Below, in pieces: positions 11,068 through 20,310 of a stretch of DNA of 64,000 nucleotides (position 1 is the first letter of the stretch; the number at the start of each line of letters is the position of its first letter). A program made the translations under genes and the position numbers. The notes beneath the pieces were generated by a model. The model had not been told where the DNA came from and did no database searches. It saw nothing but the letters and a program-made list of their open reading frames with translations. This DNA comes from a virus. The stretch is from positions 2,417 through 66,416 of IMG/VR virus record IMGVR_UViG_3300032315_001390, one strand, 5' to 3'.

Positions 11068-11325
11068 ATGGAAAATAATAAATTTTTAGCACAAATAATT
11101 CACGAAAAATTGTCTAATGATTTGGATGGGAACAAATCATTATCAATTCAAATTCTTCCTTTAATGGAACACCCCTCTAAAAATCAATATAATATTCCTG
11201 TCATAATTCAAGGACAGAAATTAGTTGTGTCCATTAAACCAGTTTCACAAGATCCTGACGAAGAAAAAATTGTAAACCTAAACTTCATACATTCAACTGA
11301 ATCATTCGATGAATCAATATTCTGA
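11068..11325 (+). CDS. hypothetical protein
   Basis: 85-aa ORF in the replication module. Confidence 0.35.
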   Translation: MENNKFLAQIIHEKLSNDLDGNKSLSIQILPLMEHPSKNQYNIPVIIQGQKLVVSIKPVSQDPDEEKIVNLNFIHSTESFDESIF

Positions 11326-11378
11326 TCCCAAAAATAATCCGACAGACGATTCGGGTCATTATGATGATGATTTGACTA

Positions 11379-11672
11379 GTGTTGGAAACACTAAATCGAA
11401 AGAAACCGCATCTGAATCGACAGATGAGTATCTTGACGAATGTTAAAAAACATATCATGAATAAAGAAAAAAAAATCAATTTAAAAGAACAACAAACTAT
11501 CTTATGTGAAGTGTGTGGTCACCACTTCTTTAGGGAGGTGGTTATGGTAAAGAAAGTACCGAAAGAACTCACAGATACTTCAGAAGATACTATTGTACCT
11601 TTCCCAACCTATTGTTGTGACAAATGTGGTCATGTAAACGAAGAATTTATAATTTTTAACAACGAAATATGA
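11379..11672 (+). CDS. zinc-ribbon hypothetical protein
   Basis: CEVCGH...CCDKCGH four-Cys arrangement; the stop overlaps the next gene. Confidence 0.4.
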   Translation: MLETLNRKKPHLNRQMSILTNVKKHIMNKEKKINLKEQQTILCEVCGHHFFREVVMVKKVPKELTDTSEDTIVPFPTYCCDKCGHVNEEFIIFNNEI

Positions 11673-12448
11673 TTAATAAACTAGTACACTTTTCGGATTT
11701 ACACATTCGTCTATACAAGGATCATTCTTTGTATCGGGAAATAATATCTGATATGCTTGATCAGTTCAGGGAAATAAAACCCGACAGGATTGTTTTTACA
11801 GGTGATTTGGTACATTCTAAAAATCAAATGACCCCCGAACTAATCAATATGGTTGCTTGGGTTTTAACGGAATGTTCTAAAATTACAAAAACAATTGTAA
11901 TCATCGGTAATCACGATTTTTTGGAGAGTAATATGGAACGATTGGATGCTTTAACACCAATTATTGATTCATTGTCCAATGAAAATATTGTATACTACAA
12001 AAATAAAGGAGTATTCACTGATAACAATGTGGATTGGGTGGTATTTTCTTTGATGGATCACAATGTACCACCAGAAATTCCTAAGTCAGGTAATCTTAAA
12101 ATTGGATTATTTCACGGGCCTGTTGTAGGGTTAACCACCAATGTTGGGTATAAATTTGAAGATGGTTTTACGAGTGATAAATTTGAAGGATGTGATCTAG
12201 TTTTGTGCGGAGACATTCATAAAAGACAAGTTTTTGATATTCCAGGAGGGAAAAAAGCATATATGATTGGTTCTACGGTCCAACAAAATTTTGGGGAAAG
12301 TGTAAGGTACCATGGATTTGGGATTTATGATCTAATTAAAGACGAATATACTTTTGTTGATTTGAAGAATAAAAAACCATTTTTATCGTTCAAAGTGACA
12401 TCTTATGAAGACATTATGAATGGAAAAGAACAAATCCTTAACTATTAA
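11669..12448 (+). CDS. sbcD: SbcD/Mre11-family nuclease (T4 gp47-like)
   Basis: All five calcineurin-like Mre11 motifs are present: FSDLH, TGDLVH, IIGNHDF, GLFHGP, CGDIHKRQ. Confidence 0.75.
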   Translation: MINKLVHFSDLHIRLYKDHSLYREIISDMLDQFREIKPDRIVFTGDLVHSKNQMTPELINMVAWVLTECSKITKTIVIIGNHDFLESNMERLDALTPIIDSLSNENIVYYKNKGVFTDNNVDWVVFSLMDHNVPPEIPKSGNLKIGLFHGPVVGLTTNVGYKFEDGFTSDKFEGCDLVLCGDIHKRQVFDIPGGKKAYMIGSTVQQNFGESVRYHGFGIYDLIKDEYTFVDLKNKKPFLSFKVTSYEDIMNGKEQILNY

Positions 12449-13070
12449 TTTATCATATTCCGAAGGAATAGATTTGGAAAGTTTCATCACTCTCAATAAA
12501 ATAGAGGATGAAGACAAGTTTAATAAAAAATGTTGGAAACAAGGTTTTGACATTGAAAAGTATGGGTTACTTGTTCCTGTAGGTACAGTGCAAGAAAAAA
12601 TTATTGAAATTCCTATTGAAAAAATAGTTGAAAAAGAAATAATCAGAGAAATTTTTGTTGATAAAATAGTAGAACTACCTGTCGAAGTTGTGATTGAAAA
12701 ACAAGTTTTTCTAACAGATGACCAAAAAGTGAACGAACTGATAGCTGAGTTAGAAAAAGCACAAAATCAAATTGTTAATTTGTCACAAGAAATTCTAAGA
12801 TTGTCATCCAAACCTCCTGTCGAGAAAATAATAGAAGTTCCAGTAGAAGTTGTGGTTGAAAAAATTGTAGAAGTAGGAAGTTTAGAAGAAACAAATAAAA
12901 AACAACAAATGTTACAGGAAACTATACAAAAGTTGAGACAAGAGTTACAAAAAAAGACTCAAGAAATCTCAGATTTAAATGAAAAAATTAACAATCGTCA
13001 TTTTACTTCTGATGTAAAAGGCATATATTTAGATGGGTCAAACCTCAATAAAACAATAAAAACAAATTAA
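12420..13070 (+). CDS. coiled-coil protein with tandem (E)KI[IV]E[ILV]P[IV]EVV[IV]EK peptide repeats
   Basis: 216-aa ORF; repeated EKIVEKEIIREIFVDKIVELPVEVVIEK and KIIEVPVEVVVEKIVEV blocks plus a Q/K/E-rich coiled coil. Confidence 0.45.
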   Translation: MEKNKSLTINLSYSEGIDLESFITLNKIEDEDKFNKKCWKQGFDIEKYGLLVPVGTVQEKIIEIPIEKIVEKEIIREIFVDKIVELPVEVVIEKQVFLTDDQKVNELIAELEKAQNQIVNLSQEILRLSSKPPVEKIIEVPVEVVVEKIVEVGSLEETNKKQQMLQETIQKLRQELQKKTQEISDLNEKINNRHFTSDVKGIYLDGSNLNKTIKTN

Positions 13071-13073
13071 ATT

Positions 13074-13445
13074 ATGAATGAAATATTATTATTTGGATTT
13101 GTCGCATATGGAATGACAAATATTCTAGTGTGGGGGTCTATTTTTTCTAGTTTTAGAAACTGGTTGTATGAGAACTCGAAAAGTTCAAGTCCACTAAAAG
13201 ATGTTTACAACTTTTTCTCAGAACTATTGGGATGTATGTTGTGTACTGGAACCTGGGTTGGTTTTATACTATCTATGCTTTGGTTTTCAGTATCATCCGT
13301 AGCGGCGCCAATTCAAGACATGTCTCCAATTGGTAGAGAAATCATACCTGCAATATATGTTTTCGTAGACGGTATGTTTGCCGCAGGATTCATATGGTTC
13401 ATAAACACACTTGTAGAATTTTTAGAATATCGTAAACCTATTTAA
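13074..13445 (+). CDS. small integral membrane protein (about 4 TM)
   Basis: Hydrophobic segments LLFGFVAYGMTNILVWGSIF, LGCMLCTGTWVGFILSMLWF and IIPAIYVFVDGMFAAGFIWFI. Confidence 0.45.
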   Translation: MNEILLFGFVAYGMTNILVWGSIFSSFRNWLYENSKSSSPLKDVYNFFSELLGCMLCTGTWVGFILSMLWFSVSSVAAPIQDMSPIGREIIPAIYVFVDGMFAAGFIWFINTLVEFLEYRKPI

Positions 13446-13447
13446 TT

Positions 13448-13642
13448 ATGCCAAAATCAAGAAACCGTGGAGGTGCTAAGGAGCATCGAGCAAGAGTTAA
13501 AAAAAGAAACGCTAGATTATTATCAGAAAAAAATGCGTTCCGTAAAGAATACACAAGAATGATGGAACAAAAAATTGAGGAAATGAAGGCCAAAGGACAA
13601 GTTGAACAAAGTTCAAGTGAAAATAATTCTCAACCCGAATAA
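13448..13642 (+). CDS. small basic protein
   Basis: 64-aa K/R-rich ORF with a tight ATG after the previous stop. Confidence 0.3.
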   Translation: MPKSRNRGGAKEHRARVKKRNARLLSEKNAFRKEYTRMMEQKIEEMKAKGQVEQSSSENNSQPE

Positions 13643-16010
13643 TTACGATCTATTCAATCCGATCATTACAAAAGAAATATCTATGACACACAAATTAGGT
13701 GAGTTGGAAAATCCTTACATACAGGTAGTATGGGAAGATGATTCTTCAAACTTCTCCCAGGAAAGGATTAAAAGTATCAAGGAATACTTCCAAAAGAAAT
13801 ATTCTTCTCAGAATGTCAATATTATCACTAAGTTGAAAACTCAAAACCAAGAGGATCAACAAGTGACTGAAGTTGCTTTGAATATCTTGGATAAAGACCA
13901 ACAGAAAAATATGATTCGATCATATTTGGAAAGTAAAAGTCAACAAAATTATTTAGACCAAATTTTGGAAATAGATAAAAATGTTGAAAGTAGGATTTTA
14001 CTCAACTCTGAAGATAATTTTGCGTTCCGTAAATGGTATATCAAAAAAATTGAATTTAGTAATTTTTTATCTTATGGTGAAAATCAAGTAGTTGATTTTA
14101 CATGTTTGGATGGTATAACTACCGTAGAATCCAATCCACCAAATTTTGGTGGTAAAACTGTACTTTCAGTCGACTTACTTCTTTTTCTTTTCTTCAATAC
14201 CACAACAAAGACAAGTAAAGCTGAGGAAATATTCAACAGGTTTACTGATAAAAATAAAGTAAGTGTTTCAGGTGAAATTTCTATCGATGGTGAAGATTAT
14301 TTGATTGTACGTAATTTGGAAAGAAAACTTTCTAAATCAGGAGAATGGAATGTAAAAACTGAACTAGATTTCTTCAAAAAACTACCTAATGGTGAACTTC
14401 AGAATTTTACTGGAGAACAACGTAGAGAAACTGAAAAATTCATAAAAACGTCTATTGGTGAACAAGAAGATTTTTTGATGACCATCTTAACTACCGCATC
14501 CAATTTGGAAGATTTACTCGAAGCTAAACCTACCGCTAGAGGACAAGTCTTGAGTAAGTTTTTGGGTCTTGATTTCCTAAAGAGAAAAGAAGAAACCGCC
14601 AAAGAAATATTTTCAGAGTTTTCAAAACAAATGGTATCTAATGTGTACTCCCACACAACCCTGACTCAAGAAAATGAGAATATGGAAAATAGGATTAGTA
14701 CCATCAAGTCGGATAATCAGAATATACAAACAGAGATAGAATTAGTCTCAGATAGTATTTCTAAGGGTGAGGCATACAAAGTAACTCTTCTAACTCGTAA
14801 GCATACGGACATTGATCATAAACTATCGATACTTAACCCTACAACAATTTCTGATAACATCAGAAATTTAGAAACAGAGTATCAAGAACAAAAACGTCAA
14901 TTTGAGACAATAGTTGTAAAAGAACCTTCAGAATTTTATGATGAAGAAACTCATGATCAGGTGAAAAAACAAATCAAAATTGAGTATGGAAATTCTGTTC
15001 AACTTCAAACTGAAATCAAAGAGATAGAAAAATTGAGGTCTAGTGTAAGCGGTGGAATCAAGTGCGAACATTGTGGAATAGATCTTCTCACCGCATCTTT
15101 AACCGCTAATAAATTAGGTCTTCTTGACGGACTTATCTTACGAAAACAAGCGATAGATACTTTACTGAATGATTTATCATTCAAGGATCAAACATTTGTG
15201 AGCTTAAAAAAAGAGTTTGATGAATATGAAAAAAACAAACTGATTCGAGAAAAGTTTGAGGCGAAGATGGAGTCGATTCAAATGAAAATTTCAAATGAAC
15301 AAGAAACTCATCGAAGATATTTGGAACAACAAACTAAAATTGAAGAGAACAGAAAAACAGACCAATTGATTATGAAATCAGATACTCGTCTGAATGAATT
15401 GAATAGGGAAAAATCTCAATATGAACGAACGTTAGGGTCTAACCAACAAGCCGTTATTGATTTAGAGTCAAGACTCAAAAAAAATATGGACTTAATTATT
15501 AAAATTGGTCAAGAGTTTGAAAGAGAAAAAGTATACAAAATGTACCTTGAAATTTTCGGTAAAAATGGTATATCTAAAATTATCATGAAAACCATGATGC
15601 CAATTATTAATTCAGAATTGACACGACTTCTCCAAGATAGTGCATACTTCAAATTGGAAATACGAATTAGTGACAAAAATGAAGTAGAATTTGTCATGAC
15701 TGACAATTCGACTGGTGTAGAAAAACTTATGATCTCAGGGTCTGGGTATGAAAAAACAATAGCTTCGTTAGCTTTACGAGCAGTCCTTTCTAAAGTGTGT
15801 TCATTACCAAAACCAAATATAATTGTGTTTGATGAGGTATTTGGTAAAATTTCTAATGAGAATTTAGAAATGGTGGGTGAATTTTTTACTAAAATTAAAG
15901 AATATTTCGAAAAGATATTTGTGATTACTCACAACCCGTTAGTTACTAATTGGGCTGATAATATTTTGAAAATTGAAAAACAGGGGAATGTTTCTAGGGT
16001 CTGTAACTAA
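13602..16010 (+). CDS. sbcC: SbcC/Rad50-family ATPase (T4 gp46-like); true start uncertain
   Basis: FSNFLSYGENQVVDFT...NFGGKT (Rad50 N-terminal P-loop), long coiled coil, C-terminal SGSGYEKT signature and IIVFDEVFG Walker B. About 130 aa lie upstream of the Rad50 motif, so the start may be an internal Met or there may be a separate small ORF. Confidence 0.7.
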   Translation: MNKVQVKIILNPNNYDLFNPIITKEISMTHKLGELENPYIQVVWEDDSSNFSQERIKSIKEYFQKKYSSQNVNIITKLKTQNQEDQQVTEVALNILDKDQQKNMIRSYLESKSQQNYLDQILEIDKNVESRILLNSEDNFAFRKWYIKKIEFSNFLSYGENQVVDFTCLDGITTVESNPPNFGGKTVLSVDLLLFLFFNTTTKTSKAEEIFNRFTDKNKVSVSGEISIDGEDYLIVRNLERKLSKSGEWNVKTELDFFKKLPNGELQNFTGEQRRETEKFIKTSIGEQEDFLMTILTTASNLEDLLEAKPTARGQVLSKFLGLDFLKRKEETAKEIFSEFSKQMVSNVYSHTTLTQENENMENRISTIKSDNQNIQTEIELVSDSISKGEAYKVTLLTRKHTDIDHKLSILNPTTISDNIRNLETEYQEQKRQFETIVVKEPSEFYDEETHDQVKKQIKIEYGNSVQLQTEIKEIEKLRSSVSGGIKCEHCGIDLLTASLTANKLGLLDGLILRKQAIDTLLNDLSFKDQTFVSLKKEFDEYEKNKLIREKFEAKMESIQMKISNEQETHRRYLEQQTKIEENRKTDQLIMKSDTRLNELNREKSQYERTLGSNQQAVIDLESRLKKNMDLIIKIGQEFEREKVYKMYLEIFGKNGISKIIMKTMMPIINSELTRLLQDSAYFKLEIRISDKNEVEFVMTDNSTGVEKLMISGSGYEKTIASLALRAVLSKVCSLPKPNIIVFDEVFGKISNENLEMVGEFFTKIKEYFEKIFVITHNPLVTNWADNILKIEKQGNVSRVCN

Positions 16011-16372
16011 TTTTCGTAAGTTTGAATCGGTGTCACATCCGTGAATATCATATTACCTTTTCCTTTTTTGAATTTGAATTTGTATATTTTAGAATCTAGG
16101 TTTAAACTATTAAAATCTTGTTCTGAACCTTGATATTCCATTTCATCTCTTTGTGTTGGATCAGGATGCATATATTTGTACGACTTGCCGAGTTCTAATT
16201 CCATAGGATCTAAATCTTCTTTCATCTCCTTATGGGAACTCTTCTTATCTCCAATTTTTTTTCCTTTTACTTCAGTGTTTCGATTAAATTTATCATCTTT
16301 TTTAGATTCTTGTATCACTCGTTCTATAATATTTTTCAACTGACTTTCATTCAAATACACTATTTTTTTCAT
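16007..16372 (-). CDS. hypothetical protein
   Basis: 121-aa ORF convergent with sbcC; K/E-rich. Confidence 0.4.
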   Translation of the reverse strand: MKKIVYLNESQLKNIIERVIQESKKDDKFNRNTEVKGKKIGDKKSSHKEMKEDLDPMELELGKSYKYMHPDPTQRDEMEYQGSEQDFNSLNLDSKIYKFKFKKGKGNMIFTDVTPIQTYEN

Positions 16373-16400
16373 AAAAATTGGATTTTATACATAAATACTC

Positions 16401-16408
16401 TATATTTG
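16401..16408 (+). promoter_or_regulatory. Bacteroidota-type -7 promoter element TATATTTG (TAnnTTTG) with TTG about 20 nt upstream
   Basis: The motif sits 15 nt before ATG 16424; the same TAnnTTT[GA] core recurs before many genes in this window. Confidence 0.4.
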
Positions 16409-16423
16409 TAAAAAAAAAACTAT

Positions 16424-16930
16424 ATGACCACAAATAAATTCTTGATTCAAATATTGTCAACTGAAAAATTGTCACCAGAAAGAAAAATTCTATTTTTATC
16501 TGAATTATCATTGGTTTGTTTAAATTTTTCTTATTTGGAAGTTAAAAATCAAAATTTTTATTATGTCGAAGTAGATTTTGATATAGAAGTTTTACAGGGG
16601 TTGATGTCATCATCAATTAATTCTGAAGAAATTTACTTTATTACCGAAATTAAAGGTAGTGTTGGTACGAATATTGATGAACAAGTATTTATGCACTTTA
16701 TGTCTAATCAAGAGTTTCCGGTGAGTGGTATGACTGAAAATAACAACATAGATGTCAATATTAATTTACCGTTTGATTATCCTGATATGGGATCGATGGA
16801 AGAAGATGACGATAATATAGAATGTCTCAAAAAAACACCATCAATAGATAATATTTTGGATAAAATACTTGAAAAGGGCATAGATTCACTAAATTTACAA
16901 GACAAAAAAATACTTCAAAACTTTAAATAA
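16424..16930 (+). CDS. acidic hypothetical protein immediately upstream of the sigma factor
   Basis: 168-aa D/E-rich ORF 4 nt upstream of the sigma-70 gene (possible operon partner). Confidence 0.45.
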   Translation: MTTNKFLIQILSTEKLSPERKILFLSELSLVCLNFSYLEVKNQNFYYVEVDFDIEVLQGLMSSSINSEEIYFITEIKGSVGTNIDEQVFMHFMSNQEFPVSGMTENNNIDVNINLPFDYPDMGSMEEDDDNIECLKKTPSIDNILDKILEKGIDSLNLQDKKILQNFK

Positions 16931-16934
16931 CTTT

Positions 16935-17735
16935 ATGAAAGACAAACAATTTTCAATCGGACTAGATCAAAAACAAATCGCATATTACCTTAAAGATGTA
17001 AAAAAACTCAAGGTAATGACACCTGAACGAGAGAGAGAACTTTCGGAGATAATGTGTAGTGGTAATGTTTCAGAGGAACAAAAAAATAGTATTTACCAAG
17101 AACTAATTGATGGTAATTTAAGATTTGTAATTACTGTCGCCAAACAATATCAGAATCAAGGTATGGATCTTGATGACTTAATTGCTGAAGGAAACGTAGG
17201 ACTACTTAAAGCAATACAAAATTTCGATTGGACTAAGAAACTTAGATTTATTTCTTATGCTGTATGGTGGATCAAACAATCTATTTTTCAATCATTAAAT
17301 GAACACTCAAGAACTATTCGTTTACCAGTCAATATTGTTCAAGAGATGCAAAAAGAAAAGAAAAACTTCAAACCAATCAACGAATTCGAGTTTAACGACA
17401 AGTTTGCTAACTTACCAACCACATCGTCATACAACAAAATCAATGAGGAAGGAGATGAATATATTAGTTCACTTGCAGATACTAATGGGGAAATGCCCGA
17501 CGATCCCTTTGACACCAAAGTACAACTCATTGCAAAACTAATGACTATGTTAGATATTTTAGATTCAAGGGAAAGAGGTATTATATCTGAGTATTTTGGG
17601 TTATCAGGTAAACCAAAAACATTAGAAGAAATAGGTTCAGGTTTGAATCTTACCAAGGAGAGGGTAAGGCAAATTAAAGAAAAAGCGCTTCGTAAATTAC
17701 GAAATGATAGTATGGAATTGTTTGAATACATGTAA
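16935..17735 (+). CDS. sigma-70 family RNA polymerase sigma factor (regions 2-4 present)
   Basis: Region 2: LRFVITVAKQYQNQGMDLDDLIAEGNVGLLKAIQNFD...FISYAVWWIKQSI; region 3: RTIRLPVNIV; region 4.2 HTH: LEEIGSGLNLTKERVRQIKEKALRKLR. Confidence 0.8.
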   Translation: MKDKQFSIGLDQKQIAYYLKDVKKLKVMTPERERELSEIMCSGNVSEEQKNSIYQELIDGNLRFVITVAKQYQNQGMDLDDLIAEGNVGLLKAIQNFDWTKKLRFISYAVWWIKQSIFQSLNEHSRTIRLPVNIVQEMQKEKKNFKPINEFEFNDKFANLPTTSSYNKINEEGDEYISSLADTNGEMPDDPFDTKVQLIAKLMTMLDILDSRERGIISEYFGLSGKPKTLEEIGSGLNLTKERVRQIKEKALRKLRNDSMELFEYM

Positions 17736-17739
17736 GAGT

Positions 17740-17747
17740 ATATTTAT
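17740..17747 (+). promoter_or_regulatory. TATATTTA promoter-like motif upstream of 17760
   Basis: Same GTATATTTA core as the other upstream motifs. Confidence 0.35.
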
Positions 17748-17759
17748 TAAAAAAAAAAT

Positions 17760-18068
17760 ATGAAAGAATTTATAATCAAAAATCACGCAATGATTACCTT
17801 TTTTTTACTTCTTAGCGTTACAATAAGAACATGCGCTACACATAACAATACAATCAAACTTAAAAACAAAGTTGAAACTATTGAAAATAAAATGTATTCA
17901 CCTGAAGAACTTAATATAATTGTTCAGTTAGAAGGTCTAAAAGTAGAAAAAAGAATGATACAATCTACCGATAGAAAGATTTTGGATGTTCAGAGACAAT
18001 CTGAAATCGACAAGGAAATAAATTTGTTAGAAAAAAAATTGAAAGATGAAAGAATGGTTAAAGAATAA
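17760..18068 (+). CDS. small membrane-anchored coiled-coil protein (holin or lysis-regulator candidate)
   Basis: N-terminal TM (AMITFFLLLSVTIRT) then a charged coiled coil; heads the putative lysis cluster. Confidence 0.35.
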   Translation: MKEFIIKNHAMITFFLLLSVTIRTCATHNNTIKLKNKVETIENKMYSPEELNIIVQLEGLKVEKRMIQSTDRKILDVQRQSEIDKEINLLEKKLKDERMVKE

Positions 18069-18783
18069 CATCAACAATGTTATTATGGGGTCTTTTTTGA
18101 TACCCATTTTACTTGTGGCATTTGTATCAATATCTCACGTTACGACTTTTTATGGTATTTCTAATCCATTTAGTTGGGCGATATATTTGTCTGTCGCTGT
18201 AGAGATAGCCGCTTTAGCGTCACTCGCTGGAATATCAGCTAAATTTGGACGATTTATTTATATTCCATTCGGAATAGTTACTTTGATTCAATTTGTAGGA
18301 AACTTTTTCTATTCATATTCCTTTGTAGATATGGATAGTCAATCATTCAAAAATTGGGTAGATATGATTTCGGGTATTTTCGAAGTATTTGGAGTTGAAC
18401 CAACTAATTTTGTAGCACACAGACGAATTTTAGCTTTCCTGACAGGTGGAATGATTCCATTTATTTCACTTACATTTGCTCATATGTTGATTGTATATTC
18501 ATCTAAATTACAAGAAAATAAACTAGATAATCCAAGTTTAGATTTTGATAGTCGAATAGTTGATGAATTGTCCAAAAAAGCGGGCATTTCAGAAGCTAAT
18601 AGTATTGAGAAACCCTGGATCCCAACAGAAACAGAGTTGGAGGAGTTCGAAAAAAATTTATCTATCAATAATCAAGTTACGGAAGAAAATAATCAAGAAA
18701 TACAACAAGTAGACGAAGAAGTCCCAACTGAAGAGCTTCCTCAACCTACTAAAAACGTGTTGGTTTACTCGAAAAATGTTTAG
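18046..18783 (+). CDS. multi-pass membrane protein (about 5 TM)
   Basis: Repeated hydrophobic helices (VIMGSFLIPILLVAFVSI, AIYLSVAVEIAALASLAGI, GMIPFISLTFAHMLIVY). Confidence 0.5.
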   Translation: MKEWLKNNINNVIMGSFLIPILLVAFVSISHVTTFYGISNPFSWAIYLSVAVEIAALASLAGISAKFGRFIYIPFGIVTLIQFVGNFFYSYSFVDMDSQSFKNWVDMISGIFEVFGVEPTNFVAHRRILAFLTGGMIPFISLTFAHMLIVYSSKLQENKLDNPSLDFDSRIVDELSKKAGISEANSIEKPWIPTETELEEFEKNLSINNQVTEENNQEIQQVDEEVPTEELPQPTKNVLVYSKNV

Positions 18784-19378
18784 TTTGATTGACAATTTTA
18801 CTAATAGGATTGTAGGCAAAACAGACGTAAAAAGTCAGATTATCCTTTGTCATACCTCAAGGAACTCAAATGAGTATTTAATTTCTTTGAAATATAGGAA
18901 AAATAAAAAGTACGATAAAATACCAAACTTTTTAGTTACAAAAGATGGTAAAATTATTGACCTATTACCATCCGAAACATACTCGAATTTTTTCGATAAT
19001 CATGACGTGAACAAAAACTCTATAATTATTTCATTAGAAAATTTAGGATGGTTAGAAAAAAAACAACTATCCTCTCATTATATTAATTGGATTGGAGATA
19101 TTTATAAAGGTGTGCCGTACGAAAGAAAATGGAGAGATTATTTTCTTTGGGATCCATATACAACTGAACAAATAAATTCTTTAGTAAAATTGTGTTTAGA
19201 TATGTGTCAAAAACATAACATACCTATAGAATGTATTGGTCATAATACAAAAATAACAAATATTGAAAAATTGAATGGTATTGTGTCGAGAAGTAATTTT
19301 GACCAAATATTTACGGATGTAAGTCCGGCTTTTGATTTCGATAAATTTACAAATATGTTGAAAAATGAACAATTATGA
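18776..19378 (+). CDS. N-acetylmuramoyl-L-alanine amidase (Amidase_2/T7-lysozyme-like) endolysin candidate
   Basis: IILCHTS ~ T7 lysozyme FVHCSAT; FLVTKDGKI ~ FIIKRDGTV; NSIIISLEN ~ NSIGVCLVG; a C-terminal GHN residue. Confidence 0.5.
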   Translation: MFSLIDNFTNRIVGKTDVKSQIILCHTSRNSNEYLISLKYRKNKKYDKIPNFLVTKDGKIIDLLPSETYSNFFDNHDVNKNSIIISLENLGWLEKKQLSSHYINWIGDIYKGVPYERKWRDYFLWDPYTTEQINSLVKLCLDMCQKHNIPIECIGHNTKITNIEKLNGIVSRSNFDQIFTDVSPAFDFDKFTNMLKNEQL

Positions 19379-19979
19379 TGAAATAAAAAAACTATTGAAA
19401 TCTTCAAGAAACCTTCTTGAAAAGAAAAATAGTATGTCAAACATTCGAGAAACTTATCTGAGTAAGGGTCTTATGGTGGAACAAGACACGAATACAAGTT
19501 CCACAACTAATTTAGGTCAACCTAGACCCAATGTTGCAAAAGATACTGAAAAAGAAATTTATCAAGAAACAAAACCTAAAGAAGATAAACAACAAGCCTA
19601 TAGAATTTCTGGAGGTATTTTGGTTATGCATGGTAAATCTAAAACTGATTTAGAGATTACGACAGAAGATAAAAGAGCGTTCCAAGAAACTATGGATGAA
19701 TTTGTCGATGAAGTTTCAGAAATGGTCGATTTTTATCCATTAAATGTATATTCTACAAGTGTAGAATGGAGTGGTAAAGTCATTGACCAAGATTTAGAAT
19801 TTTTATACTCTATAGGTGAAAATAATGGTGTTTATATCAATGGAACCCTTTCTAGGGTTGACGATGAATTTTTAGAGTTTGTATCAAAATTAAGAGCATA
19901 TTTTCAAAAATTTAAAACAAAGTGGGCTAAAGTTTTAGCATCAAGAAAGAAAACTCAAATAGTTCAAGATGAAGAATAG
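19365..19979 (+). CDS. hypothetical protein
   Basis: 204-aa ORF. Confidence 0.4.
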   Translation: MNNYDEIKKLLKSSRNLLEKKNSMSNIRETYLSKGLMVEQDTNTSSTTNLGQPRPNVAKDTEKEIYQETKPKEDKQQAYRISGGILVMHGKSKTDLEITTEDKRAFQETMDEFVDEVSEMVDFYPLNVYSTSVEWSGKVIDQDLEFLYSIGENNGVYINGTLSRVDDEFLEFVSKLRAYFQKFKTKWAKVLASRKKTQIVQDEE

Positions 19980-20310
19980 TTTAATAGTATCAGTAATTAT
20001 AAATTTAGTTTTGATTGGTTTCATATACAGCAATCAAATAAATTTAAAAAAAATCAAAACTGAATTTCAATTATTACAGAATGAGATAGATTCTCTTTCA
20101 AGTGTGATATCTGAAAAAGACACGCAAATTTGTAATTTCCGTACCATGGAAACTTTTTATCAAGACCAAATATTTAAATCACAAAATGATCTCAAGAATT
20201 TGAATAATAAAACAAAAAAAATACAAAAGGAACATGAAGCTAAAATTAATTCTCTTAACAATCTTAACAATTCTGACGTTTCAAAGTTATTCACAGAAGA
20301 GTTCGAATGA
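19969..20310 (+). CDS. hypothetical protein with N-terminal TM and coiled coil
   Basis: LIVSVIINLVLIGFIYS TM followed by a heptad-like region. Confidence 0.4.
   Translation: MKNSLIVSVIINLVLIGFIYSNQINLKKIKTEFQLLQNEIDSLSSVISEKDTQICNFRTMETFYQDQIFKSQNDLKNLNNKTKKIQKEHEAKINSLNNLNNSDVSKLFTEEFE

Noticed and set aside
17299-17731. ORFs 17299..17541 (+) and 17339..17731 (-) within the sigma-70 gene
   Set aside because: They overlap a gene with strong sigma-70 region 2/3/4 signatures; no support.
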